From assembly GCA_029974275.1 (NCBI GenBank), contig JARKSN010000339.1:1-64000 (forward strand): a DNA stretch of 64,000 bases. The letters run 5' to 3'. Below are positions 40,778 through 49,074 of the stretch, in pieces. The stretch comes from Candidatus Hydrogenedentota bacterium (lineage in GTDB: Bacteria; Hydrogenedentota; Hydrogenedentia; Hydrogenedentales; SLHB01). The notes beneath the pieces were generated by a model, which worked only from the letters and a program-made list of their open reading frames with translations, had not been told where the DNA came from and searched no databases. A program made the translations under genes and the position numbers. Each line of letters opens with the position of its first letter. The first letter of the stretch is position 1.

Positions 40778-43318
40778 ATGGCAAAGCAGTTAATGGTGCG
40801 TCCAGAGGAAGTGCGAAAAAGCGGCGAGATCGCGCTCGGTTCTATTCCCGTCAATCGATACAACCGCACGCTCCAGCAGGAACTCAAGTCGAACGCCGAC
40901 ATTACCCCTGCGCGGTGTCTACGTGTCTATCGCGATATGGCGCTGATCCGCGAATTCGAGAACATGCTCGACGCGATCAAAAAGCTGGGGGCGTACGAGG
41001 GCATCGCGTACAAGCACGCAGGCCCGGCGCATTTGTCCATCGGTCAGGAAGGCGCGGCCGTCGGCGAGGCGTTTTATCTGACCGTCGATGACCACATTTA
41101 CGGCAGTCACCGCAGTCACGGCGAGATCATCGCGAAGGGGCTGCGCGCCATCGATGACCTGAAGGGCGAACAACTGGACGCGATCATGCGCGGCTATTTC
41201 GACGGGACCATTCTGGGCATCGTCGAGAAGCATGACGCAAACGGCGAGCCGCTGAAGGTCTCCGGCAAGAACAACGGCAAGTCGGGTTTGGCCACTTCCG
41301 CCGAGGAAGAACTCGGGGTGGATTTCCTTCTGTATGGTTTGCTTGCCGAGATTTTCGCGAAGGAGACCGGTTTTAACAAGGGCCTGGGCGGATCGATGCA
41401 CGCCTTCTTTACGCCCTTCGGCATCTACCCGAACAACGCGATCGTCGGCGGCAGCGCGGACATCGCGACGGGCGCGGCGTTGTACAAAAAAATTCTCAAG
41501 CAGAAGGGCGTGGTGGTCGCGAACATCGGCGATGCGTCGATGGGCTGCGGACCGGTGTGGGAAGCGCTCGCGTTTGCGTCGATGAGCCAGTTCAAGAACC
41601 TGTGGGACGAGGCGCATCGCGGCGGGCTTCCGCTCATTTTCAATTTCATGAACAATTTCTACGGCATGGGCGGCCAGCCGATCGGCGAAACGATGGGCTT
41701 CGATCACGTCGCGCGCGTGGGCGCGGGCGTCAATCCCGAGAAGATGCACGCCGAGTGCGTCGACGGCAACAACCCGCTCGCATTGGCCGAGGCGTACAAG
41801 CGCAAGATCGCATTGGCCAAGACGGGGCAAGGCCCGATCTTGATCGAAGCGATTTGCTACCGCCAGACCGGCCATTCGCCCAGCGATCAGTCTTCCTATC
41901 GCGAGAAGGAAGAGATCGACATGTGGCGCAAGGTCGATCCGCTCACCGAGTTCGCGGGCAAACTCGTGGAAGCAGGCGTCGCCACCGAAGACGACCTCGC
42001 CGCAATCCGCGCCTATGCGACGCGCAAGGTCAGCAAGGCGTGCCGTCTGGCGGTCGACGACAGCGTGTCGCCGCGCATGGTGCTGCTACCGCACACGACC
42101 CTCGACACGATGACATACTCGAACGTATTGGAAAAAGAACTGCCCGGCCTGCGCGACCCGCACGACGTCTCCATGCCGATCGAGCAAAACCCGCGCGTTA
42201 TCCAAATCGCGAAGAAGTCGCGTAGCGGCATCGACGCCGACGGCAAAGCGCTCAAGGAAGCCCGCGCGGTCAGCTATCGCGACGCGATCTTCGAGCCCAT
42301 TCTGCACCATTTCTACAACGACAGCCGCGTGGTGGCCTACGGCGAAGAGAACCGCGATTGGGGCGGTGCGTTCGCCGTGTATCGCGGCCTGACCGAAGCG
42401 TTGCCGTACCACCGCCTGTTCAACTCGCCGATTTCCGAAGGCGCGATTGTCGGCACGGCCGTCGGGTTCGCGCTCGAAGGCGGACGCCCGGTAGTCGAGT
42501 TGATGTACTGCGACTTCATGGGACGTTCCGGCGACGAAGTGTTCAACCAGCTCTCGAAATGGCAGGCAATGTCCGGCGGGTACTGCCGCATGCCCGTCGT
42601 GTTGCGCGTATCCGTTGGCAGCAAATACGGCGCGCAACATTCGCAAGACTGGACGGCCTTGTGCGCGCACGTGCCGGGTCTAAAAGTCGTGTTCCCCGCG
42701 ACGCCGTATTCGGCGAAAGGCCTGATGGCTTCGGCGTTGTTGGGCAGCGACCCCGTGATTTTTTTCGAGAGCCAGCGCCTGTATGACGTGACCGAGACCT
42801 TCCATCCGCAGGGCGTGCCCGCAGAGTATTACACACTGCCGATCGGCGTGCCCGAAGTACTGAAGGAAGGCCGCGATGTGACGATCATGACTTTCGGCGC
42901 GACGCTGTATCGGGCGCGCGAGGCTGCGGCCCAACTCGAACGCGACCACGGCGTGTCGGTCGAGTTGATCGATGGGCAGTCGCTCGTGCCGTTCGACTAT
43001 GACATCCTTTTGAACTCCGTGCGCAAGACCGGCAAGTTGATCCTTGCGAGCGACGCCTGCGAGCGCGGCAGTTACATGCACACCATCGCTTCGAACGTGA
43101 CGCAAATGGCCTTTGACGATCTCGATGCGCCCGTGTGCGTCATTGGCGCGAAGAACTGGATCGTGCCGCCCGCCGAACTCGAGGATTATTACTACCCGAT
43201 GGCGAGTTGGTTCCTGGATGCGTACCACACGCAGATCAAACCCCTGCCCGGTTACCAGCCCGCCACCGATCGCAGCGTTGCCGAGATGCGGTTGGCGTCG
43301 AAGTACGGCGTGCTGTAG
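40778..43318 (+). CDS. 2-oxoacid dehydrogenase E1, fused alpha+beta (TPP-dependent)
   Basis: HLSIGQEG, SHRSHG, GGSMH, GDAS...NNFYGM TPP motif, YRQTGHS; beta half NSPISEGAIVG, GAQHSQ, DPVIFFE. Confidence 0.93.
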   Translation: MAKQLMVRPEEVRKSGEIALGSIPVNRYNRTLQQELKSNADITPARCLRVYRDMALIREFENMLDAIKKLGAYEGIAYKHAGPAHLSIGQEGAAVGEAFYLTVDDHIYGSHRSHGEIIAKGLRAIDDLKGEQLDAIMRGYFDGTILGIVEKHDANGEPLKVSGKNNGKSGLATSAEEELGVDFLLYGLLAEIFAKETGFNKGLGGSMHAFFTPFGIYPNNAIVGGSADIATGAALYKKILKQKGVVVANIGDASMGCGPVWEALAFASMSQFKNLWDEAHRGGLPLIFNFMNNFYGMGGQPIGETMGFDHVARVGAGVNPEKMHAECVDGNNPLALAEAYKRKIALAKTGQGPILIEAICYRQTGHSPSDQSSYREKEEIDMWRKVDPLTEFAGKLVEAGVATEDDLAAIRAYATRKVSKACRLAVDDSVSPRMVLLPHTTLDTMTYSNVLEKELPGLRDPHDVSMPIEQNPRVIQIAKKSRSGIDADGKALKEARAVSYRDAIFEPILHHFYNDSRVVAYGEENRDWGGAFAVYRGLTEALPYHRLFNSPISEGAIVGTAVGFALEGGRPVVELMYCDFMGRSGDEVFNQLSKWQAMSGGYCRMPVVLRVSVGSKYGAQHSQDWTALCAHVPGLKVVFPATPYSAKGLMASALLGSDPVIFFESQRLYDVTETFHPQGVPAEYYTLPIGVPEVLKEGRDVTIMTFGATLYRAREAAAQLERDHGVSVELIDGQSLVPFDYDILLNSVRKTGKLILASDACERGSYMHTIASNVTQMAFDDLDAPVCVIGAKNWIVPPAELEDYYYPMASWFLDAYHTQIKPLPGYQPATDRSVAEMRLASKYGVL
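43125..43318 (+). repeat. 194-bp direct repeat, copy 1 (3' end of the E1 gene)
   Basis: Aligns ungapped with 45479-45672; 16 mismatches by manual alignment. Confidence 0.97.
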
Positions 43319-43338
43319 AACCTGGTTTTCGAGATCAT

Positions 43339-43376
43339 AAGAGGCCCTCTCTGTGAATGAGGGCTCTTTGTTTTTT
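43339..43376 (+). terminator. Intrinsic terminator after the E1 gene
   Basis: AAGAGGCCCTC...GAGGGCTCTT followed by TGTTTTTT. Confidence 0.7.
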
Positions 43377-43395
43377 GATACGACACAATCTTGGT

Positions 43396-43424
43396 TTCAC
43401 GGGCAAAAGGAATTGCGCTATACT
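43396..43424 (+). promoter_or_regulatory. Putative sigma70 promoter of the ATPase cassette
   Basis: TTCACG-17 nt-TATACT about 40 nt upstream of the GTG start. Confidence 0.55.
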
Positions 43425-43463
43425 AGATCCTGGTAGCTTTCCAAAAGGCTGAGGAATCCGAGC

Positions 43464-44846
43464 GTGTTAACTAGATTTAGGGTAAAAGGCTTCAAAAACT
43501 TGCTCGATATTGATGTGCGTTTCGGACCCTTTACGTGTATTGCAGGCGTGAACGGAGTCGGGAAATCGAATCTTTTTGATGCAATGCGGTTTCTGCATTT
43601 GCTGGCCGCCAATCCGATTATGGAGGCGGTTCAGTCCTTGCGGGAGACAAAGGGCCGTTCGCTCGAACCTCGGTCTTTGTTCACGACTTCCGCGTCGTTC
43701 CGAAGCGAAGAAATCCGCTTCATCGCTAATCTTGTTGTCAATCGGGAGGTTCAAGACGATTTTGGCGTTGCTGCGAAAGCAGCCACATCAAGTCTGGAAT
43801 ACACTCTCGCGTTCCGCGTTCAAAACGGTGGAGGCGCAGAACGATTAGAGCTCGTCGAGGAATCGTTGCTTCCAACACCCATAGTCAAGGCAAGAAAAGA
43901 CATTGGTTTTCCGGCATCTAAAGAATTCAAGGACTCATGCCTAACCGGAAGAAGAGCGCAGCCGTTTGTCTCGACCAGATCAGGCGATATCCCAACAATC
44001 ACGGTACATCAGGAGGGGCATGGCGGCCGGACCCTTCCTGCGCCCAAATCATCCAGAACCATTGTGGGCGGCATGGCCTCGAGTGACTTCCCTACTATCC
44101 TTGCCGTCAACAAAGAATTCTTATCTTGGAAAAGTCTCCTTCTTGAACCTTCAGCAATGCGCGCCCCGTCTCTTTACACCGACTCCAAAAGTATTGATGC
44201 GCGCGGAGGCAATCTGCCTGCTGCGATATTCAGACTCCAAGGACAGGAAAACAACCCTGGCGAGATTTATGCGTCGCTCACGAACAGACTTGCGGAACTT
44301 ATTGACGATGTCTTGGATTTGCGCGTCAAGGATGACGAGAAAACGGAGACCTTGACGCTGGAGGTAAAAGGCAAGGATGGGGTTTTCCATCCGGCACGCT
44401 CCTTGTCGGACGGCACGCTGCGTTTCCTTGTGTTGGCGACGCTCTCCCTGGATCCGGAGACAAGAGGAGTGATTTGCCTGGAAGAGCCCGAGAATGGAAT
44501 TCATCCCGAACGTATAGACGCGATGGTTCGACTTTTGCGTGACGTTGCTGTGGATTCAAACTATCCTGTGAGCAACGAAAATCCACTTCGGCAGGTAATT
44601 GTAAACACCCATTCCCCGGAAGTCGTTAATGCCATTGCCAACTTGAATGACTTGATCTATCTCGAAGAAGAGCGGACTTCGCGCTATGGCCGCATCGCCG
44701 TGCCGACCGCGCCAGAGAATTCTTGGCGAAACAGGATAGAAACCACCTCCGGCGCAACTCGACGGGGAAGACTAGCTCCATATTTTAGGAACCGTGACCT
44801 TCAAACATGGTTTGATTTCACGCGTGAGCCCAGAGCCGAAGCATGA
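43464..44846 (+). CDS. ABC-type AAA ATPase (AAA_21/AAA_15-like), putative defence component
   Basis: GFKNL, Walker A GVNGVGKSN, signature LSDGTLRFL, Walker B/D-loop ICLEEPENGIHP, H-loop VNTHSP; visibly more AT-rich than neighbours. Confidence 0.88.
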   Translation: MLTRFRVKGFKNLLDIDVRFGPFTCIAGVNGVGKSNLFDAMRFLHLLAANPIMEAVQSLRETKGRSLEPRSLFTTSASFRSEEIRFIANLVVNREVQDDFGVAAKAATSSLEYTLAFRVQNGGGAERLELVEESLLPTPIVKARKDIGFPASKEFKDSCLTGRRAQPFVSTRSGDIPTITVHQEGHGGRTLPAPKSSRTIVGGMASSDFPTILAVNKEFLSWKSLLLEPSAMRAPSLYTDSKSIDARGGNLPAAIFRLQGQENNPGEIYASLTNRLAELIDDVLDLRVKDDEKTETLTLEVKGKDGVFHPARSLSDGTLRFLVLATLSLDPETRGVICLEEPENGIHPERIDAMVRLLRDVAVDSNYPVSNENPLRQVIVNTHSPEVVNAIANLNDLIYLEEERTSRYGRIAVPTAPENSWRNRIETTSGATRRGRLAPYFRNRDLQTWFDFTREPRAEA

Positions 44847-45472
44847 GGCGCTTGACGTACACACTCGTTGCAGACGGACCGAGCGATCAATGCCTCTTGC
44901 GGATCATCAACTGGACGCTTAGTCAGAGCGATTGCATATCCCCCGAAACTGATCTTGTCTCCAGTTTCGGGCGCTTCGGATGTCGCGATTTGGCCGATCG
45001 CGTTCTCGACGGTTTCACGCAATTCCCCTGCGATATTATCTTCGTTCATCGAGATGCAGAAAGAGAGCCTAGAGAGAAAAGGTTGCAGGAAATCAAGGAA
45101 GCGATTTCGCAGTGCCAGTCTATACGCGCCTATGTGCCGGTGATTCCTATTCGCATGACAGAAGCGTGGCTTTTGATTGACACGAACGCAATTCGACGCG
45201 CGGCGGACAATCCGAATGGATGTGTGGCGATCGATTTGCCTTCGGTGAAAAAACTCGAGTCAGTACCCGATCCCAAGAGAGAGCTGCATAGCCTTCTGGA
45301 AGCCGCTTCCGAAAAAACAGGGCGACGTCTAGACCAATTCAAACGGGACTTGCCCCTTAGAGTCCGGCGTGTCGCAGACTACATCGATGATTTTAGTCCG
45401 CTTCGAAGATTGCCAGCGTTCCAAAAATTCGAGGCAGATCTTTCCCGGGCACTCGAGGCTCTTGCGCGCTGA
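44843..45472 (+). CDS. DUF4276-like TOPRIM-fold putative nuclease
   Basis: LVADGPSD, IFVHRDAE, PIRMTEAWLL, DPKREL; ATGA overlap with the ATPase. Confidence 0.72.
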   Translation: MRRLTYTLVADGPSDQCLLRIINWTLSQSDCISPETDLVSSFGRFGCRDLADRVLDGFTQFPCDIIFVHRDAEREPREKRLQEIKEAISQCQSIRAYVPVIPIRMTEAWLLIDTNAIRRAADNPNGCVAIDLPSVKKLESVPDPKRELHSLLEAASEKTGRRLDQFKRDLPLRVRRVADYIDDFSPLRRLPAFQKFEADLSRALEALAR

Positions 45473-45478
45473 AGCACT

Positions 45479-45672
45479 ATGCGCCCGTGTGCGTCATTGG
45501 CGCGAAGAACTGGATTGTTCCACCAGCAGAGCTAGAAGACTACTACTACCCAATGGCGAGTTGGTTCCTGGACGCCTACCACACGCAGATCAAACCCCTC
45601 CCCGGCTACCAGCCCGCCACCGACCGCAGCGTTGCCGAGATGCGGTTGGCGTCGAAGTACGGCGTGCTGTAG
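45479..45672 (+). repeat. 194-bp direct repeat, copy 2: promoterless duplicate of the last 63 codons of E1 plus stop
   Basis: Encodes an identical peptide (APVCVIGAKNW...ASKYGVL*); all differences from copy 1 are synonymous. Confidence 0.95.
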
Positions 45673-45729
45673 GTTTTTTGAGGGATGAAGGGCTGATCAT
45701 TTGCCGCAGTGGACGCGTCGTGCGGGTTG

Positions 45730-46884
45730 TCATTTGGCGGGCAGGACAATCATGTCGACAACTTCGCCGGGCAGGAATAGATCGTTTGAAAGGTCGCTCA
45801 CAATCAGCGGCATGCCGTATTGTTCGAATTGAAGGCTGCGCCATAGGCGCGTGGGCATCAATTGAACATGATCGCCCACTTTGGTGATGGTGGCTTGCGC
45901 CACGCGCAGGGGCGCGCTCCGTGAGCGGATCGTGACCCGGTCGCCCACGGCAATCTGAGGAATGTTTTTTTCGGGCACGTAGGCCAGTACGCGTTGCGTT
46001 CGTTCGATCGCGATGGTGAGGAGCTGTTCGCCCTGAAGCGCGTTTTCCCCGGCGCGTTTGAGCATCGTGGCCACTTGTCCCGCATAGGGTGCGCGCAGCG
46101 CCAACTGTTCTCGGCGGCTGCCGATTTCCTGGATTCGCGCTTCCTGCACTCGGATTTCCTCGCGCACGGGATCCAAAAGGGGATCGAGCGCCGGGTTCGT
46201 TCGGGCGGTCGCGAGTTCCTGTTGGCGTTTGCCGGCTTCTTCCATGCGCTTCTTGTCCATGGCGAGCGCCTTCTCGTTTTCTTCAATCCGCTTTTGCAGC
46301 GCTTCGCATTCCAGCCGCGCGATGTCGTATGCCGCGGCGTCGAGCAATCCCTCCTCCACCATGCGCCGCTGCCGGTCGCGCGCGATCTCCAGGGAGCGCA
46401 ACGTGACCTTGTCCGCTTCGTGTTGGACTTGGCGATCGAGGAGGCCCAGGCGGGCTTGCTCCTCATTGAGGGAAAAGCGCCGTTGGCTGTCGATTCCTTG
46501 CAACAGCTCTGCCGTCGCATCGAATCCGATTTGAGCCTTTGTCGCTTCGACTTGGGCGGCAAGGCGGGCGATTTCCGCTTTCGCCACCGCGAGTTCGGCG
46601 TCCAGCACGGAGGTGTCCATTGTGCCGATGACTTGGTCCGCGGCGACGGTGTCGAGCGTGTCGACGGCGAGGCATTGGATTTTGCCTGGCGCCGGCGCGG
46701 TCACCATGGCCCATTGCGGGTCCGCGATGCCGACGCCCGTGATTTGGCGCGAACGCGTTTGCAGCAGCGCGATGACGCTGCCTACGGCAAGCAGCCAGAC
46801 GAGGGCGGGGAGGAGGCGGCGCCGGATTTTTCGGAGCCGTTGCGCGGGTTTTCCCGGCCATCCATTGGAATCGTCGACTGTCAT
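45730..46884 (-). CDS. HlyD-family membrane fusion / secretion protein
   Basis: N-terminal TM; VTAPAPGKI lipoyl half; long coiled coil; LRAPYAGQV; PGEVVD end. Confidence 0.82.
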   Translation of the reverse strand: MTVDDSNGWPGKPAQRLRKIRRRLLPALVWLLAVGSVIALLQTRSRQITGVGIADPQWAMVTAPAPGKIQCLAVDTLDTVAADQVIGTMDTSVLDAELAVAKAEIARLAAQVEATKAQIGFDATAELLQGIDSQRRFSLNEEQARLGLLDRQVQHEADKVTLRSLEIARDRQRRMVEEGLLDAAAYDIARLECEALQKRIEENEKALAMDKKRMEEAGKRQQELATARTNPALDPLLDPVREEIRVQEARIQEIGSRREQLALRAPYAGQVATMLKRAGENALQGEQLLTIAIERTQRVLAYVPEKNIPQIAVGDRVTIRSRSAPLRVAQATITKVGDHVQLMPTRLWRSLQFEQYGMPLIVSDLSNDLFLPGEVVDMIVLPAK

Positions 46885-47570
46885 AGTTCGCCCTGTTCTT
46901 CGTGCAAGACGAAACTGACTTGCGAGATGCCGGTGGTTTCGCGGAGTTGGGCGACGAAATCTTCCGCCTTGGCGGGATTTCGCAGGACAAGCCGGTATGC
47001 GACTTCTCCTTCGCCCGATTCGTGCACCCGGTGCGAGATGAGGTTTGCGGCGTGGCAGTGGCGCTCGAGCAGGTCTTGCACTTGGGCGATGGAGCCGACG
47101 CTCGGGGCGACGTGAAAGCGCACGAATCCGTCGCTGCTTACGCGGGCTCCGAATTGGGCCCAGTGCAGGTACAACACGATTCCGGCGAATACGGCCGCGC
47201 CCAAGGTCGCCAATTCATAGCGGCCCGTTCCGGTCGCCATGCCGATCACCAGCGCGAAGAAGATGAACGCCGTGTCACGCGTATCCTTGAGGATATTGCG
47301 GAAGCGAATGACGGCCAAGGCCCCGATAAGGCCGAAAGCGATCGCGATGTTGTCGCCGATGACCATCATGCCTAGGCTCACGATGACCGTCAACAGCACG
47401 ATTGACTGCACAAAGGCCTTTGAATACGAAAGTCCCGTGTGCGTCAATGCGTACATCCATGCGGTCGCCTGCCCGAAGATAAACGCCAGCAACAGCCCGA
47501 GGGCGGCCTCCCCGATCCGGGCATTGGTTCCGCTGCCTGCCGACGCGAGCCATGTCGTCAACTCGTTCAT
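46881..47570 (-). CDS. DUF4956-family membrane protein
   Basis: IGDNIAIAFGLIGALAVIRFRNILKDTRD; GMATGTG. Confidence 0.88.
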   Translation of the reverse strand: MNELTTWLASAGSGTNARIGEAALGLLLAFIFGQATAWMYALTHTGLSYSKAFVQSIVLLTVIVSLGMMVIGDNIAIAFGLIGALAVIRFRNILKDTRDTAFIFFALVIGMATGTGRYELATLGAAVFAGIVLYLHWAQFGARVSSDGFVRFHVAPSVGSIAQVQDLLERHCHAANLISHRVHESGEGEVAYRLVLRNPAKAEDFVAQLRETTGISQVSFVLHEEQGEL

Positions 47571-47621
47571 TGGGTCACCATTCCGATCGGATTGCAGGCG
47601 CGCTTGTTTTTTTGCGAGTCA

Positions 47622-48215
47622 TTACTCGTCATCCGTTGTCAACCCTGTCGTGGCTCCGTTCTGTTGTGAGGTTGCGACTTTTTCCAGCAGCTGAGGGCTG
47701 GGCTCCAGAAAATTGCCGTCCGGTTTGACATAGTCGGAAAGTTCCGTAATCTCGACGGTCTTGCCTTTCCACAGACCGTTTACGATAGATGCAAAAACGT
47801 AGTAGCGATCGCCATCGTCGCCCATCAGGTATCGTCGGTGCTTTATTTTGGCGACGCGAAGGAGCGTTCCCGCGTCAACAACTCCCATCATGTCGGGCCA
47901 GTTCTGCGGCGCGGCTTTATACTCTTGTGTAGTAGTAGGTCCACCCCATTGTCCGGAGCGTTTAAACTCTGTGCCCGTGGCGAGCGCGATTCCGTTTGAA
48001 TAGAACCTCACGTTGGCGATGAATGCGTCCACTTTGAGTCGATACAAGGAGCCGATTTCATAGCCTCCCCAGCACTCGCGGTTGGCAGAAACGTCTCGTG
48101 TTGGAGTGTGCGTATCGTATAGAGCGTATACAAGAACGACACAGCCCGTCTGTGTGAAGAGGCAGCCGGCCATCAGTAGCCAACGTATCGTTTTGGATGG
48201 CGGCAGGAAGCTCAT
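47622..48215 (-). CDS. Hypothetical (lipo)protein
   Basis: Hydrophobic N-terminus with GC lipobox candidates; more AT-rich codons; ATGA overlap with the VTC gene stop. Confidence 0.65.
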   Translation of the reverse strand: MSFLPPSKTIRWLLMAGCLFTQTGCVVLVYALYDTHTPTRDVSANRECWGGYEIGSLYRLKVDAFIANVRFYSNGIALATGTEFKRSGQWGGPTTTQEYKAAPQNWPDMMGVVDAGTLLRVAKIKHRRYLMGDDGDRYYVFASIVNGLWKGKTVEITELSDYVKPDGNFLEPSPQLLEKVATSQQNGATTGLTTDDE

Positions 48216-49042
48216 GTAAACTCCCTCATGCAGATTTCTGGCGTGTCCATCCTGTTGTTCGCGTTTCCCGCCAAGGCGAAGCCTTCGCGCCGCAATGCGT
48301 CCACGCAGTAGACGTATTTGGAAAACGACTCCTGGCGCAAGTCAAACTGCCGCGCCAGGCGTTCCACCCAGGCAGGGTAGCAATCGGTGAATTTTATCTC
48401 AAGCACCACGGGCACCTCGGGCAGTTCACGCCAGGGAGCGCACCCGTTCCACACGGAGCTTGTGTCCGCAGCGCACGCCAACCGGCGATCGAATGTGATC
48501 CGCAACGGCTCGTGGTCCACCCGACTCACGAAAGGCTCGCGCCGATACTTCACCGCGACCCGGGGCGTTGCGGCCAAAAAGGCCATCATTTCGCAGAATC
48601 GGTTTGCGTGGGCTGCGGCGGCCGGATCGCCGCGACGGCATAGGCATTCATCCGGCGCGTTTCGATCGGCGATGACCTCGTCCAGTTTTTCGCGGAGGAT
48701 GGCGACCCGAGTTTTTCGCGTGATCTGGTTGATTCGCTGTTTCACTTCAAGAAACAAAGGGTCCATGCCCTCCTCGTTATCGTCATAGCTTCGGATTCGC
48801 AGTTTGTATCGATGGCATTCGCCCACGAAGGAGCGCCAGTACAGGTCGAGATCCGGAGTGTCCAGATATACGCTGACGACCGAATACTGCGCGCCGGCGG
48901 GATCCGGCACGACATACGGCGCTATGTGCGCCGAAATGGCTTGAGCGACCGCCTCCGAGATGACGTACTTTATCTCGAACCGTTGAGCCGTTGTCCGCGC
49001 GGCGTTGGCCGCCGCTATCAGCGTCTCGTTGAAATCGTCCAT
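48212..49042 (-). CDS. VTC-domain (polyphosphate polymerase-like, CYTH/TTM fold) protein
   Basis: RFEIKY, SVYLDTPD, KLRIRSY, FLEVKQR, RITFD, VLEIKF, FSKY. Confidence 0.9.
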   Translation of the reverse strand: MDDFNETLIAAANAARTTAQRFEIKYVISEAVAQAISAHIAPYVVPDPAGAQYSVVSVYLDTPDLDLYWRSFVGECHRYKLRIRSYDDNEEGMDPLFLEVKQRINQITRKTRVAILREKLDEVIADRNAPDECLCRRGDPAAAAHANRFCEMMAFLAATPRVAVKYRREPFVSRVDHEPLRITFDRRLACAADTSSVWNGCAPWRELPEVPVVLEIKFTDCYPAWVERLARQFDLRQESFSKYVYCVDALRREGFALAGNANNRMDTPEICMREFT

Positions 49043-49074
49043 TAATTTGGCGCCAAGGCATCCTTTCGCAAGGG

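Noticed and set aside
45487..45672. 61-aa ORF as an independent gene
   Set aside because: It is the duplicated E1 C-terminus, with no RBS or promoter; treated as a repeat.
43125..45672. Diversity-generating retroelement TR/VR pair
   Set aside because: Differences are synonymous third-position changes not restricted to adenines, and there is no reverse transcriptase in the window.
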